This document shows positions 37,847 through 46,681 of a DNA stretch of 64,000 nt, piece after piece. Position 1 is the stretch's first letter; every line of letters begins with the position of its first letter. Under the pieces are notes generated by a model that worked only from the letters and a program-made list of their open reading frames with translations, was not told where the DNA came from and searched no databases. This stretch comes from Bacteroidia bacterium (lineage in GTDB: Bacteria > Bacteroidota > Bacteroidia > Bacteroidales > UBA932): positions 7,986 to 71,985 of the forward strand of contig JAGKTT010000010.1 of assembly GCA_021153285.1 (NCBI GenBank). Direction: 5' to 3'. The translations under genes were made by a program, and so were the position numbers.

Positions 37847-39205
37847 TTATCCCTTCATCTTCTTCCAGTTCAACACCGGCAGAACAAAAGAAACCACCGA
37901 TGCAATGATCCAGAACCACGACACCGGCCCGAAGTCATATATATCTCCGGTCACAGACTCCACCGTAAAGCCCTGTATCAGATAACCGCTGACTATATCC
38001 TGAAATCCAGCCGCCACATAACTCGAAATACCCACCACTCCAAGAGCCGCACCGGTAGCCTTCCTCGGCACAATATCCACAGCCATAAGGCCAGCAACGA
38101 TACAATACAATACGCCTGTGGACAAACTGAACAAAGATACATAAAAGATATTAAGTACAAAGCCCCCTCCGACGAACAGAAAGAGAATAAGTGATGAAGT
38201 GCTGATAATTCCGGACAAAACGGCCGGTCTCGCCCTGTCACCCTTGAACATTCTGTCTGACATCCATCCGGCAAGCACTGTTCCAAGGATTCCGAAAACA
38301 GCTGAAAATGCAATGACCTGAGAAGCCTGGGCCAGATCGAATCCTCTGGCTTTCTGCAGGAAAAGCACTCCCCACCCAGCCACGGCATATTTCGTTATAT
38401 ATATGAACGCACTCGATATCGCAATGACCCAGATACCGGGATGCTTCAGAATCATCTTCTGCAGTTCGCGGGTCGGCATCTTGTCCTCCTTTGTAAGGGT
38501 CTCTCCAGAGAGTTCCTGAACAGAAGGAAGTCCCTTGCTTTCAGGAGTATCAGATACAAAAAGCAGAATGACCGTTGCACCTGCCAGGCCTGCAGATGCC
38601 GCAGCTATGAATCCAGCCTGCCAGCCAAGCCATCCCACAACCAGCGCAAGGAGATTATATGATATGAATTCACCAATATATGGACTGGTGCTGAAAAGAC
38701 TGTAATAGGACCCTCTCTTGGACTGAGGGAACCATCGCGAAAGACTGATCACTCCGGGAGCCGAACCCATAGACTGCATCCATCCGTTTATTCCCCACAA
38801 TATAGCAAAGGATATGAATATCAGCATTGTAGGAAGCATATTTCCGAAAAGACCGAAAACTCCCATCAGCAGATTGACTACAGCGGAAATGAAGAGTCCT
38901 GTAGCCATAAAACGACGGATATTGCAATAATCTGCAATAAATCCGTTCAGAAATTTACCGACTGCATATACGAAAAGCAGGGAGGAACCGATCAGTCCGA
39001 GCTGTCCTGCGGATAGAATACCTTCATCTATCAGCGGCTGCTTGACGACATTGATACTCATTCTGCAGACATAATACAGACTATATGCGACAGTTACGCC
39101 CCAGAAAGTACTGTTGCGTAACGACTTATATGTACGTGCCACATTCTCTGGAGAAACTTTTTCCTTCGACGGTTTGCTTATTCTATAGAATGAGTATAGA
39201 CCCAT
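37847..39205 (-). CDS. MFS organophosphate:phosphate antiporter family transporter (GlpT/UhpT-like)
   Basis: YSLYYVCR, YAVGKFLNGFIAD, NGWMQSMG, RWFPQSKRG, DTPESKGLP; ATG 39205 is the likely start. Confidence 0.85.
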   Translation of the reverse strand: MGLYSFYRISKPSKEKVSPENVARTYKSLRNSTFWGVTVAYSLYYVCRMSINVVKQPLIDEGILSAGQLGLIGSSLLFVYAVGKFLNGFIADYCNIRRFMATGLFISAVVNLLMGVFGLFGNMLPTMLIFISFAILWGINGWMQSMGSAPGVISLSRWFPQSKRGSYYSLFSTSPYIGEFISYNLLALVVGWLGWQAGFIAAASAGLAGATVILLFVSDTPESKGLPSVQELSGETLTKEDKMPTRELQKMILKHPGIWVIAISSAFIYITKYAVAGWGVLFLQKARGFDLAQASQVIAFSAVFGILGTVLAGWMSDRMFKGDRARPAVLSGIISTSSLILFLFVGGGFVLNIFYVSLFSLSTGVLYCIVAGLMAVDIVPRKATGAALGVVGISSYVAAGFQDIVSGYLIQGFTVESVTGDIYDFGPVSWFWIIASVVSFVLPVLNWKKMKG

Positions 39206-39303
39206 ATTTATTTTTTTTACAGGCAAAACAGAGACAAAGTTAAAAAAGAATGATAAAAATCACTAAATTCGCTCGATAATTTGGAAAACATACAGTTCTA
39301 AAT

Positions 39304-40395
39304 ATGAAAAGACTTTTTATCCTCCTCGTTCTTGCGGGCGTTTCATTCATCCTGTCCGCGCAGACACCAAAGAATGTAACTTACACATTCACAGAGGCTT
39401 CCGAGCTGAATCTCATCGGAAAGATCATCAAGGACACACCTAATCCATACCACAGGGTAGACACTGTAAGATACAAAGGCTTCACCAAGAGCGAGAACAA
39501 TCAGGTCCGTTGCTCAGCCGGCCTTGCAGTACTTTTCAAGACCAATTCCAGCGTCATCACAGTTCTGGCCGACTACGGCTATATGAACAGGGGTGCCAAT
39601 ACAATGGGAGTATCCCTCCGAGGTTACGACCTCTACATCAAGAAGGACGGAGAATGGCTCTACGCCGCATCCAAGGCCAATGCTGACGGAAAGGAAGAGC
39701 AGAATCTTGTCCTGATCAAGGATATGGACGACTCGATGAAGGAATGTATGCTGTACCTTCCTATCTACAGTGAAGCTTATTCCGTAAAGATCGGAGTACA
39801 GGAAGGAGCAGTAATCGAATCGATCGAGTCGCCGTTCCGTCACCGTATCGGAATATTCGGTTCCAGCTACACGCAGGGTATCAGCACAAGCCGTCCTGGA
39901 ATGAGTTATCCTATGCAGCTTATGCGTATGACAGGCCTCCAGTTCCTCAGTCTGGGATGCAGTGGAAACTGCAAGATGCAGCCATACTTCGCAGATGTCC
40001 TCTGCGATGCAGAAGTGGATGCCTTCGTATTTGACTGTTTCTCGAACCCGGACGCCAAGATGATCGAGGAAAGACTATTCCCGTTCATTGAAAAGATTCA
40101 GGCAGCGCACCCTGGAAAGCCTCTCATTTTCCAGCAGACCATCTATCGTGAAGGCCGTAACTTCTCTCTGAGCGTAGAGACTAAAGAAAGTGCAAAACAG
40201 GCTATGGCAGAGAAACTTATGAAGGAGGCTATGAAGAAGTACGATGATGTATACTTTATTCAGACCAATGCCACCGACCAGATGCATTCGACTTCAGTCG
40301 ATGGAATTCATCCGTCAGACTACGGCTATACTCTCTGGGCTCAGTCCATAAGCAAGCCGATTCTGAAAATCCTGAAGAAATACGGTATCAGATAA
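39304..40395 (+). CDS. Secreted SGNH/GDSL hydrolase with GxDLY N-terminal domain
   Basis: Signal peptide; GYDLY; FGSSYTQG; LGCSGN; DGIHP. Confidence 0.85.
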   Translation: MKRLFILLVLAGVSFILSAQTPKNVTYTFTEASELNLIGKIIKDTPNPYHRVDTVRYKGFTKSENNQVRCSAGLAVLFKTNSSVITVLADYGYMNRGANTMGVSLRGYDLYIKKDGEWLYAASKANADGKEEQNLVLIKDMDDSMKECMLYLPIYSEAYSVKIGVQEGAVIESIESPFRHRIGIFGSSYTQGISTSRPGMSYPMQLMRMTGLQFLSLGCSGNCKMQPYFADVLCDAEVDAFVFDCFSNPDAKMIEERLFPFIEKIQAAHPGKPLIFQQTIYREGRNFSLSVETKESAKQAMAEKLMKEAMKKYDDVYFIQTNATDQMHSTSVDGIHPSDYGYTLWAQSISKPILKILKKYGIR

Positions 40396-40421
40396 CGCCG
40401 TGTATATCAATAAATTGCAAG

Positions 40422-40453
40422 AAATGCCTGCTGTATCGCGACAGCAGGCATTT
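40422..40453. terminator. Intrinsic terminator between the SGNH hydrolase and the convergent MATE gene
   Basis: AAATGCCTGCTGT-atcgcg-ACAGCAGGCATTT hairpin. Confidence 0.75.
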
Positions 40454-40490
40454 TGCATATATATCTATCAGTCAGCGACTTACACGCCAC

Positions 40491-41924
40491 CTATAGATGT
40501 ACTATCTTGCGATATCGGGCAGAGAGATAGAGAGTGCGGGCCAGAAGGTGGGCGAAATATGCTCCCATCAGGATGTGCATAGCTATATAGCCATAGCGGG
40601 CTGAAGTTTCCGAGCCGAAGTGTCCCAGGAGAGCAATTCCCACGAACCATACGCCGGCGAATCCCACGACTGCCCAAAGCATCGAATTACGGATGGCTTT
40701 GGATGCTGTGGCACCGATATATATTCCATCCCAGGTAAATGCCGCACAGCCGATTACAGGCATCAGCAACAGCCAGGGAAGATACTCCCGGGAAGCTTCC
40801 ACCACAGCCACGTCCGAAGTCATCATCCTCAACAGCGGCACCCCGGCAAAGTGATATATTCCTATGAATATCAGCGCAATACCCATACTCCAGACAAAGG
40901 TCCACCTGACTGTCTGACGGAGCATCGTCTCATCCTTTGCACCGATATATTTTCCGGTCATTGCCTCTCCCGCGTAAGCAAAACCATCAGTAAAATATGA
41001 AAATATCATCAGAAGCTTCATCATAATGGAGCTGACTGCAAGAAGCAGGTCACCATACCGTGCAGAAATCACTGTGAAGCCTATGTAAATAGCTATGAAG
41101 CAAAGAGACCGCACGAAAAGATCTGCATTCATCACAAAGAAACGGCGGGTCTCCCCTCCCTTGAAAACTTCCCTTATGTCCGCCATCGGCAAAACAGAAA
41201 CGGTATTCTTCCAATATCTGCCGATCAGCAGAGCCAATGCCACGAGCAGTCCGGAATATTGCGCCACCACAGTTCCGGCTGCAATACCGGCGAATCCCAT
41301 TCCCTCATAAGCCCCGACACCAAGAGCCAGAACAAAGCTCATCAGGACATTCATTCCATTGACAGTCAGATCCACAGCCATCGGGCTCACACTGTCCTGC
41401 ATTCCGATGAACCAGCCCTTGAACGCCATCAGTCCCAATGTAGCCGGAGCCGCCCAGATACGTATAAAGAAATATCGGGAAGCCAGCTCTCTCACCTGAG
41501 GGGTACAATCCACGACAAGAAAGGCCGCTCTCACGAAGAGCCATTGTATGGCAATCAACACCAATGCGCAGGCAAGCGCAATTCCGACCGCACGGGCCAA
41601 TATCCTGGCACATTCCCTCCGATCTCCCCTTCCGAAGGCCTGAGCGGCCAATCCTCCTGTGCCGACACGCAGAAATCCGAAATTCCAATATAGAAGATCG
41701 AAGAGCATCGAACCTATGGCGATGCCTCCGATCATTGTAGCAGCATTGGCATCAAGATGGCCAGCCACGGCAATATCCACCATACCGACAATCGGGACGG
41801 TGATATTGGCCAGAATGCTCGGGATGGCCAGTTTAAGGATGTCTTTGTTTATGGAGATTCTCACGTCGCTATGCTCCTCAGAATGACAATTTTGCATCGT
41901 TCTCAGAATGACAGGCTTTGTCAT
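40491..41924 (-). CDS. MATE family efflux transporter (DinF-like)
   Basis: ILKLAIPSILANITVPIVGMVD, FGFLRVGTGGLAAQAFG, SYFTDGFAYAGE, AFTWDGIYIGA; start uncertain (41924 or 41897). Confidence 0.9.
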   Translation of the reverse strand: MTKPVILRTMQNCHSEEHSDVRISINKDILKLAIPSILANITVPIVGMVDIAVAGHLDANAATMIGGIAIGSMLFDLLYWNFGFLRVGTGGLAAQAFGRGDRRECARILARAVGIALACALVLIAIQWLFVRAAFLVVDCTPQVRELASRYFFIRIWAAPATLGLMAFKGWFIGMQDSVSPMAVDLTVNGMNVLMSFVLALGVGAYEGMGFAGIAAGTVVAQYSGLLVALALLIGRYWKNTVSVLPMADIREVFKGGETRRFFVMNADLFVRSLCFIAIYIGFTVISARYGDLLLAVSSIMMKLLMIFSYFTDGFAYAGEAMTGKYIGAKDETMLRQTVRWTFVWSMGIALIFIGIYHFAGVPLLRMMTSDVAVVEASREYLPWLLLMPVIGCAAFTWDGIYIGATASKAIRNSMLWAVVGFAGVWFVGIALLGHFGSETSARYGYIAMHILMGAYFAHLLARTLYLSARYRKIVHL

Positions 41925-41945
41925 TTCGAGCCTGTCGAGAAATCT
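41855..41945. repeat. Cluster of TGTCATTY...AATCT palindromic (REP-like) elements at the rsgA/MATE junction
   Basis: - strand TGTCATTCTGAGGAGCATAGCGACGTGAGAATCT (41855-41888); partial copy at about 41894-41913; + strand TGTCATTTCGAGCCTGTCGAGAAATCT (41919-41945). Confidence 0.75.
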
Positions 41946-42981
41946 ATCTATATTTATTTTCTTCATCCAGCATACCAAGATACGAAGAATAGCGGTCATA
42001 ACTTATCTCTCCAGCCTCGACAGCCTCCTTCACGGCACATCCCGGCTCGTGGGTATGGGTGCAAGGGGTGAAACGACAATTTTCCGAAGCCTTCAGCATT
42101 TCAGGAAAATACAGGGCTATCTCTTCCTTCTTCAGATCTACCAGACCGAATCCGCGGAGGCCCGGGGTGTCGACGATGAAGCCGAGAGATTCTTCACTGC
42201 GTTCAGAATGACAAGTGGTGAGAGCATACATCTCATAGAAAGTAGTGGTATGCTTACCTTGGAGATGTACATCGGAAATCTCTCCCACACGAGGGTCGAG
42301 AGAAGGATCCAAAGCCTTGATCAGTGAAGACTTACCCACTCCGGAAACCCCTGAAAAAAGTGACACATTACCCTTGCAGGCCTCTCTGAGGGCATCTACT
42401 CCTTCTCCTGTGAGCGCAGAAACTTCCATTACCGGATATCCGGCTCCCTCATAAATTTCGTGGAAGGCATCAAGCATTTCCTTATGTGAATCCCGATATA
42501 GATCCACCTTGTTCAGGACTATTGTCACCGGAATATTATAGACCTCGCAGGTCACGAGGATACGGTCAAGAAACGGAAGCTTGATCTCGGGATAATCGAT
42601 GGTCGCGATGATGAACGCGCGGTCGAGATTGGCCGCAATGATATGGGACTGACGGGATAGATTGGTCGATTTGCGGATGATATAATTCTTCCTTGGGGAA
42701 ACTGCGGTGATGGCAGCAGGATTCTCCAACGTCAGGAATTCAAGGCCTATGCAGGCACCATCTTCCGAACGGACCTGTCCGTCCTCACGCACAGCCTCCT
42801 GAGGCACTTCTGCCTGGAAAGACACAATATCGCCCACTGCCACCGGATTGGTAGCCGTGCTGCCCTTCAGCCTGATCTTGCCCCTGAGCACCGCAGGGAA
42901 AAGATTCCAATCAGGAAGCTGTGCCAGCAGATAATGGCTTCCCGTATGCTTTACAACCGTTGCTTGTCCTTTAATCGTCAT
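41944..42981 (-). CDS. rsgA: Ribosome small subunit-dependent GTPase A
   Basis: PVAVGD, AANLD, LNKVDL, GVSGVGKSSL, GKHTTT, DTPG and the CRFTPCTHTHEPGC zinc site; true start ATG 42981, so the upstream ORF extension is spurious. Confidence 0.95.
   Translation of the reverse strand: MTIKGQATVVKHTGSHYLLAQLPDWNLFPAVLRGKIRLKGSTATNPVAVGDIVSFQAEVPQEAVREDGQVRSEDGACIGLEFLTLENPAAITAVSPRKNYIIRKSTNLSRQSHIIAANLDRAFIIATIDYPEIKLPFLDRILVTCEVYNIPVTIVLNKVDLYRDSHKEMLDAFHEIYEGAGYPVMEVSALTGEGVDALREACKGNVSLFSGVSGVGKSSLIKALDPSLDPRVGEISDVHLQGKHTTTFYEMYALTTCHSERSEESLGFIVDTPGLRGFGLVDLKKEEIALYFPEMLKASENCRFTPCTHTHEPGCAVKEAVEAGEISYDRYSSYLGMLDEENKYR
42187..42213 (-). repeat. 27-bp REP-like element inserted in frame in rsgA
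   Basis: - strand TGTCATTCTGAACGCAGTGAAGAATCT encodes CHSERSEES between HTTT and DTPG. Confidence 0.75.
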
Positions 42982-43002
42982 CGTTATAAACTGTTTGAGG
43001 TG

Positions 43003-43039
43003 CAAAGATAAAGAATTTCCGTTTTTATCATTACCTTTG
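43003..43039. promoter_or_regulatory. Divergent -7 elements for rsgA and the polyprenyl synthase
   Basis: TATCTTTG on - strand (43003-43010); TACCTTTG on + strand (43032-43039). Confidence 0.6.
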
Positions 43040-43059
43040 TAGGATATAGACTTAATAAT

Positions 43060-44043
43060 ATGATACAGGAGAACCATATCGATACCGCTCTTAAGGAGCT
43101 TTTCGAAAATCTGAAGTTTACAGAAGAGCCGACAGGTCTGTATGACCCATTGAGATATATGATGGAGATCGGTGGAAAGCGTATCCGCCCGAGGCTCTGC
43201 CTGACAGCATACTCTCTTTTCAAGGACAGTTTTGATCAGAACATCCTGGGACCGGCAGCCGCACTCGAGGTATTTCACAGTTTCACCCTGATACACGATG
43301 ACATAATGGACAAGGCTGACGTGAGACGCGGAGTGCCTACAGTCTACCGTAAATGGGACGAGAATACAGCGATACTTTCAGGAGACGTAATGTCCATCGA
43401 GAGTTACAAACTCATTGCAAAAGCACCTGCAGAAGTGCTTCCGGAGGCATTGGACCTTTTCTCGAAGACCGCTGCCGAGGTGTGCGAAGGTCAGCAGTAC
43501 GATATGGATTTCGAAGATATGGACTGCGTTCCGATGTCAGACTATATGAAGATGATTGGTCTTAAGACAGCTGTTCTGATCGCCTGCTCGGCTAAAATGG
43601 GAGCTGTCATTGCCGGCGCCTCACCGCAGGACGCTGATCGTCTGTACAATTACGGATACAATCTCGGTCTGGCGTTCCAGATAGCAGACGACTGGCTGGA
43701 CACATACGGAGATCCTGCCATATTCGGTAAAGCGATCGGAGGTGATATCGTCAATAACAAGAAGAGCTGGCTGATGACCCGTGCCTTTGAGAAGGCCGGC
43801 GACCAGCGCGAAGCCCTTCTTGAAGCAATGGCAATGCCAGTGGAAACCGCTGAGCAAAGATCAGCGAAGATAGATGCAGTAAGAAGAATCTATGACAGAC
43901 TCGACGTCGGAGATGAAGCCCAGCAGGGAATCGTACATCTGCACACTCAGGCTATGGAATATGTAGCTCAGCTGGAGCTTCCTTCTGAAAAGGCAGCCCT
44001 TCTGGAAGACTATGCAAAGAAACTTATAGGTAGAACAAAATAA
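43060..44043 (+). CDS. Polyprenyl diphosphate synthase (IspA/IspB family)
   Basis: GGKRIRP, LIHDDIMD..RRG (FARM), GQQYD, KTA, FQIADDWLD (SARM). Confidence 0.93.
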   Translation: MIQENHIDTALKELFENLKFTEEPTGLYDPLRYMMEIGGKRIRPRLCLTAYSLFKDSFDQNILGPAAALEVFHSFTLIHDDIMDKADVRRGVPTVYRKWDENTAILSGDVMSIESYKLIAKAPAEVLPEALDLFSKTAAEVCEGQQYDMDFEDMDCVPMSDYMKMIGLKTAVLIACSAKMGAVIAGASPQDADRLYNYGYNLGLAFQIADDWLDTYGDPAIFGKAIGGDIVNNKKSWLMTRAFEKAGDQREALLEAMAMPVETAEQRSAKIDAVRRIYDRLDVGDEAQQGIVHLHTQAMEYVAQLELPSEKAALLEDYAKKLIGRTK

Positions 44044-44049
44044 CACATT

Positions 44050-44077
44050 TGTCATTCCGAGCGAAGTCGAGGAATCT
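44050..44077 (+). repeat. Intergenic copy of the TGTCATTY...AATCT element
   Basis: TGTCATTCCGAGCGAAGTCGAGGAATCT just after the stop codon of the prenyl synthase. Confidence 0.75.
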
Positions 44078-44089
44078 AAATACTGTAAG

Positions 44090-45302
44090 ATGGAAAAGAA
44101 AAAATTAGAAATAGATGACAGATCTTGCGGAGATCGTACGTATCTGCTCACAATATAATGTAAAGACTTATCTGACCCTCAACATCGCTCTTTTCGGAGA
44201 GGATCTTGAGGATATGAGACGCACTCTTGATGCAGCCAAGGCAGCAGGCATCACAGCTGTGATCGCTTCGGATATGGCCGCCATCATATATGCTCGCCAG
44301 ATCGGAGTGGAAGTACATATTTCCACCCAGCTCAGCATCTCGAATATAGAGGCTCTTCGCTTCTACGCCCAATTCGCCGATGTGATCGTACTTGCACGAG
44401 AGCTCAACCTGGGGCAGGTCAAGGAAATCAAGAGAATCATCGATGAAGAACAGATATGCGGTCCTTCAGGCCGTATCGTCGAGATCGAGATGTTCGCCCA
44501 CGGAGCACTCTGTATGGCCATTTCGGGCAAATGCTATCTAAGCCTTCACGAGTACGGGGCTTCGGCCAACAGAGGTTCGTGCTTCCAGCTCTGCCGCCGC
44601 GCATACAAGGTAGAAGACAGGGAGACAGGAATGCAGCTGGAGATCGACAATAAATACATAATGTCACCTAAAGACCTGTGTACCATCGAATTTATGGATA
44701 AGATCATAGATGCCGGAGTCACAGTGTTCAAGATAGAAGGACGTGCACGTTCAGCCGAATATGTCAAGAGAGTGGCTTCGTGCTACCGCCGTGCAGCAGA
44801 TGCAGTGTGCGACGGCACATATACACCGGAACTCGGAGCATCTTTCAAAGGCGAACTCGAAGAAGTGTTCAACAGAGGTTTCTGGGACGGATACTACCAG
44901 GGAGCTAAGATGGGAGAATGGTGTGATGTCTATGGAAGCACCGCTACCCGCAAGAAGGCATACTGCGGAAAGATCACCAATTGGTTCGGAAAGCTCGGAG
45001 TGGCTGAGATTCTTGTGGAATCATACTCTCTCAAAGTGGGAGACAAGATACTCATCATCGGACCGACATCAGGATGCGTGGAATACATAGTTCCGGAGAT
45101 CCGTGTGGATCTGAAACCTGTACAGGAAGCCGGCAAGGGTGTATACTGTTCTATTCCGATTGACTGGAGCAAGGTAGTACCGGGAGCACGCGAGGAGGCC
45201 CTCAGCCTCTGCGGAGACGGTTGCAACGAGACAGCCTGCCGCGCCATCGAGGAAACCCGTCTGCGCCGCAGTGATAAGGTCTATATCTGGCCGGAAGTCT
45301 AG
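44090..45302 (+). CDS. U32 family protein (peptidase-like; TrhP/RlhA-type hydroxylase family), N-terminus apparently deleted and frameshifted
   Basis: HISTQ, VLARELNL, EMFAHGALCMAISGKCYLS, NRGSCFQLCRR, MSPKDLC, KIEGRAR; MEKKKLEI at 44090 is out of frame with the ORF starting at 44115 and the APAG...GADxVYxG segment is absent. Confidence 0.8.
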
Positions 45303-45946
45303 GCGAAGAGTTCGCGGAGGACTTTGAGGGAATTGACATTCACAGCGGATTCGCTGTGGAATTCTATGTAGCGGAGGATTTCCTCCGCTATTTCGTTTCG
45401 GACTGTTCCATTAAGGGGGATGAGCATAGATTCGGCGAAAGAAAGGGTCATAAACCGCTCTGTCACAGGATAATGCTCACCGACAAAAGGCGCCAGGTCC
45501 TTGGCCTCGGGACTGAAGCCGAGGGCTACCGTAAGTTCGAGAAGAAAACGGATATGGAAATTGCTGAAGTCTGTCTGAATACTATCCAGCAGGAGGATAT
45601 TCTTTTCGCACCACTCGAAAAGGCCCTGTTCTGCCGCTCCGTCCTTCACCACACGGTAGAGGACCTCGCTCAGGAACATTGTCATCGAGTTTTTGAAGAT
45701 ATTGTTGCGTATTCCCAGAAGAGAGTGTCTGGAGACAATATTACGAGCAGTGAACAAGTCTGCCTTATTGCTTTCCTGAATATCCGCTTCGAGGATATTG
45801 AGAGGGAGGAAGAGAGACATTGACGCCTTCTTGCCTACGCCTCTCACTAAAAAACTTCGCCGTCCATATTCCCTGCTGAGGGTATGGACGACGAGAGAAT
45901 TCTCACCGAACTTCGTGGTGTGCAGAACTATGAGTCCGGTATTCAT
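45299..45946 (-). CDS. recO: DNA repair protein RecO
   Basis: IVLHTTKFGENSLVVHTLSREYGR OB-fold start; C-terminal SLKVLRELF typical of Bacteroidota RecO. Confidence 0.85.
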   Translation of the reverse strand: MNTGLIVLHTTKFGENSLVVHTLSREYGRRSFLVRGVGKKASMSLFLPLNILEADIQESNKADLFTARNIVSRHSLLGIRNNIFKNSMTMFLSEVLYRVVKDGAAEQGLFEWCEKNILLLDSIQTDFSNFHIRFLLELTVALGFSPEAKDLAPFVGEHYPVTERFMTLSFAESMLIPLNGTVRNEIAEEILRYIEFHSESAVNVNSLKVLRELFA

Positions 45947-45949
45947 TAT

Positions 45950-46579
45950 TTATCTGTTTTCCTGAAGCCACTGGGCCATTGCGCGAAGGGCCTTGCCTCT
46001 GTGGGAGATGGCGTTCTTCTCATCTTCCGAAATGTCCGCAAGAGTGAGACCTGGATATTCATCAGCGATAAAGATAGGATCGTAACCGAATCCGCCGTTG
46101 CCTGACTTCTCACGGGCAATCTCTCCTTCAAGAGTTCCCTCGAACATCTTTATCTTGCCGTCTATGATCAATGTGACGACGCTTTTGAAACGCGCTCTTC
46201 TGGATACCGGCTTGGTCTTCAGACCGAACTCTTCGGCCATATGTGCCTCGCCTTCGATAACTGAAAGTTCATAAAGAACCTTGTCCATATTGGCGTTGAA
46301 GTCCTTTCCTTCTCCTGCATATCTTGCGGTATAGACTCCCGGAGCTCCGCCAAGAGCATCCACTTCAAGTCCTGTATCGTCTGCAAAGCAGTCGCAGCCG
46401 AGCTTGTCATAAAGATATTGAGCTTTCTGCAATGAATTGGCTCTCAATGTATTTCCTGTTTCCGGTATATCCTCTTCTATACCTGCCTGTGCGAGGGAAA
46501 CGAGCTCAAAGCCCTCACCTAAAATTTCTGATGCTTCACGAAGTTTTCCGATATTGCCCGTTGCAAATACTATTTTCAT
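45950..46579 (-). CDS. rdgB: Non-canonical purine NTP pyrophosphatase (RdgB/HAM1)
   Basis: FATGNIGK, ADDTGLEVDALGGAPGVYTARY, GFGYDPIF, KNAISHRGKA. Confidence 0.95.
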   Translation of the reverse strand: MKIVFATGNIGKLREASEILGEGFELVSLAQAGIEEDIPETGNTLRANSLQKAQYLYDKLGCDCFADDTGLEVDALGGAPGVYTARYAGEGKDFNANMDKVLYELSVIEGEAHMAEEFGLKTKPVSRRARFKSVVTLIIDGKIKMFEGTLEGEIAREKSGNGGFGYDPIFIADEYPGLTLADISEDEKNAISHRGKALRAMAQWLQENR

Positions 46580-46604
46580 AATCTTTTCCTACTAAAAACC
46601 ACTG

Positions 46605-46632
46605 CAAAGGTATAAATAATTTCGTATTTTTG
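46605..46632. promoter_or_regulatory. Divergent -7 elements for rdgB and the S41 peptidase
   Basis: TACCTTTG on - strand (46605-46612); TATTTTTG on + strand (46625-46632). Confidence 0.55.
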
Positions 46633-46681
46633 TGGCATTATATATGAGGACAATAAGGATGCCTCACCAAAGACAGATAAT

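Noticed and set aside
42982-43296. 105-aa N-terminal extension of RsgA in the ORF track
   Set aside because: It overlaps the divergent prenyl synthase gene and both promoters; the real start is ATG 42981
16188-45302. O-methyltransferase plus U32 protein as a tRNA ho5U/mo5U pathway
   Set aside because: The genes are 27 kb apart and the family-level motifs do not specify substrate
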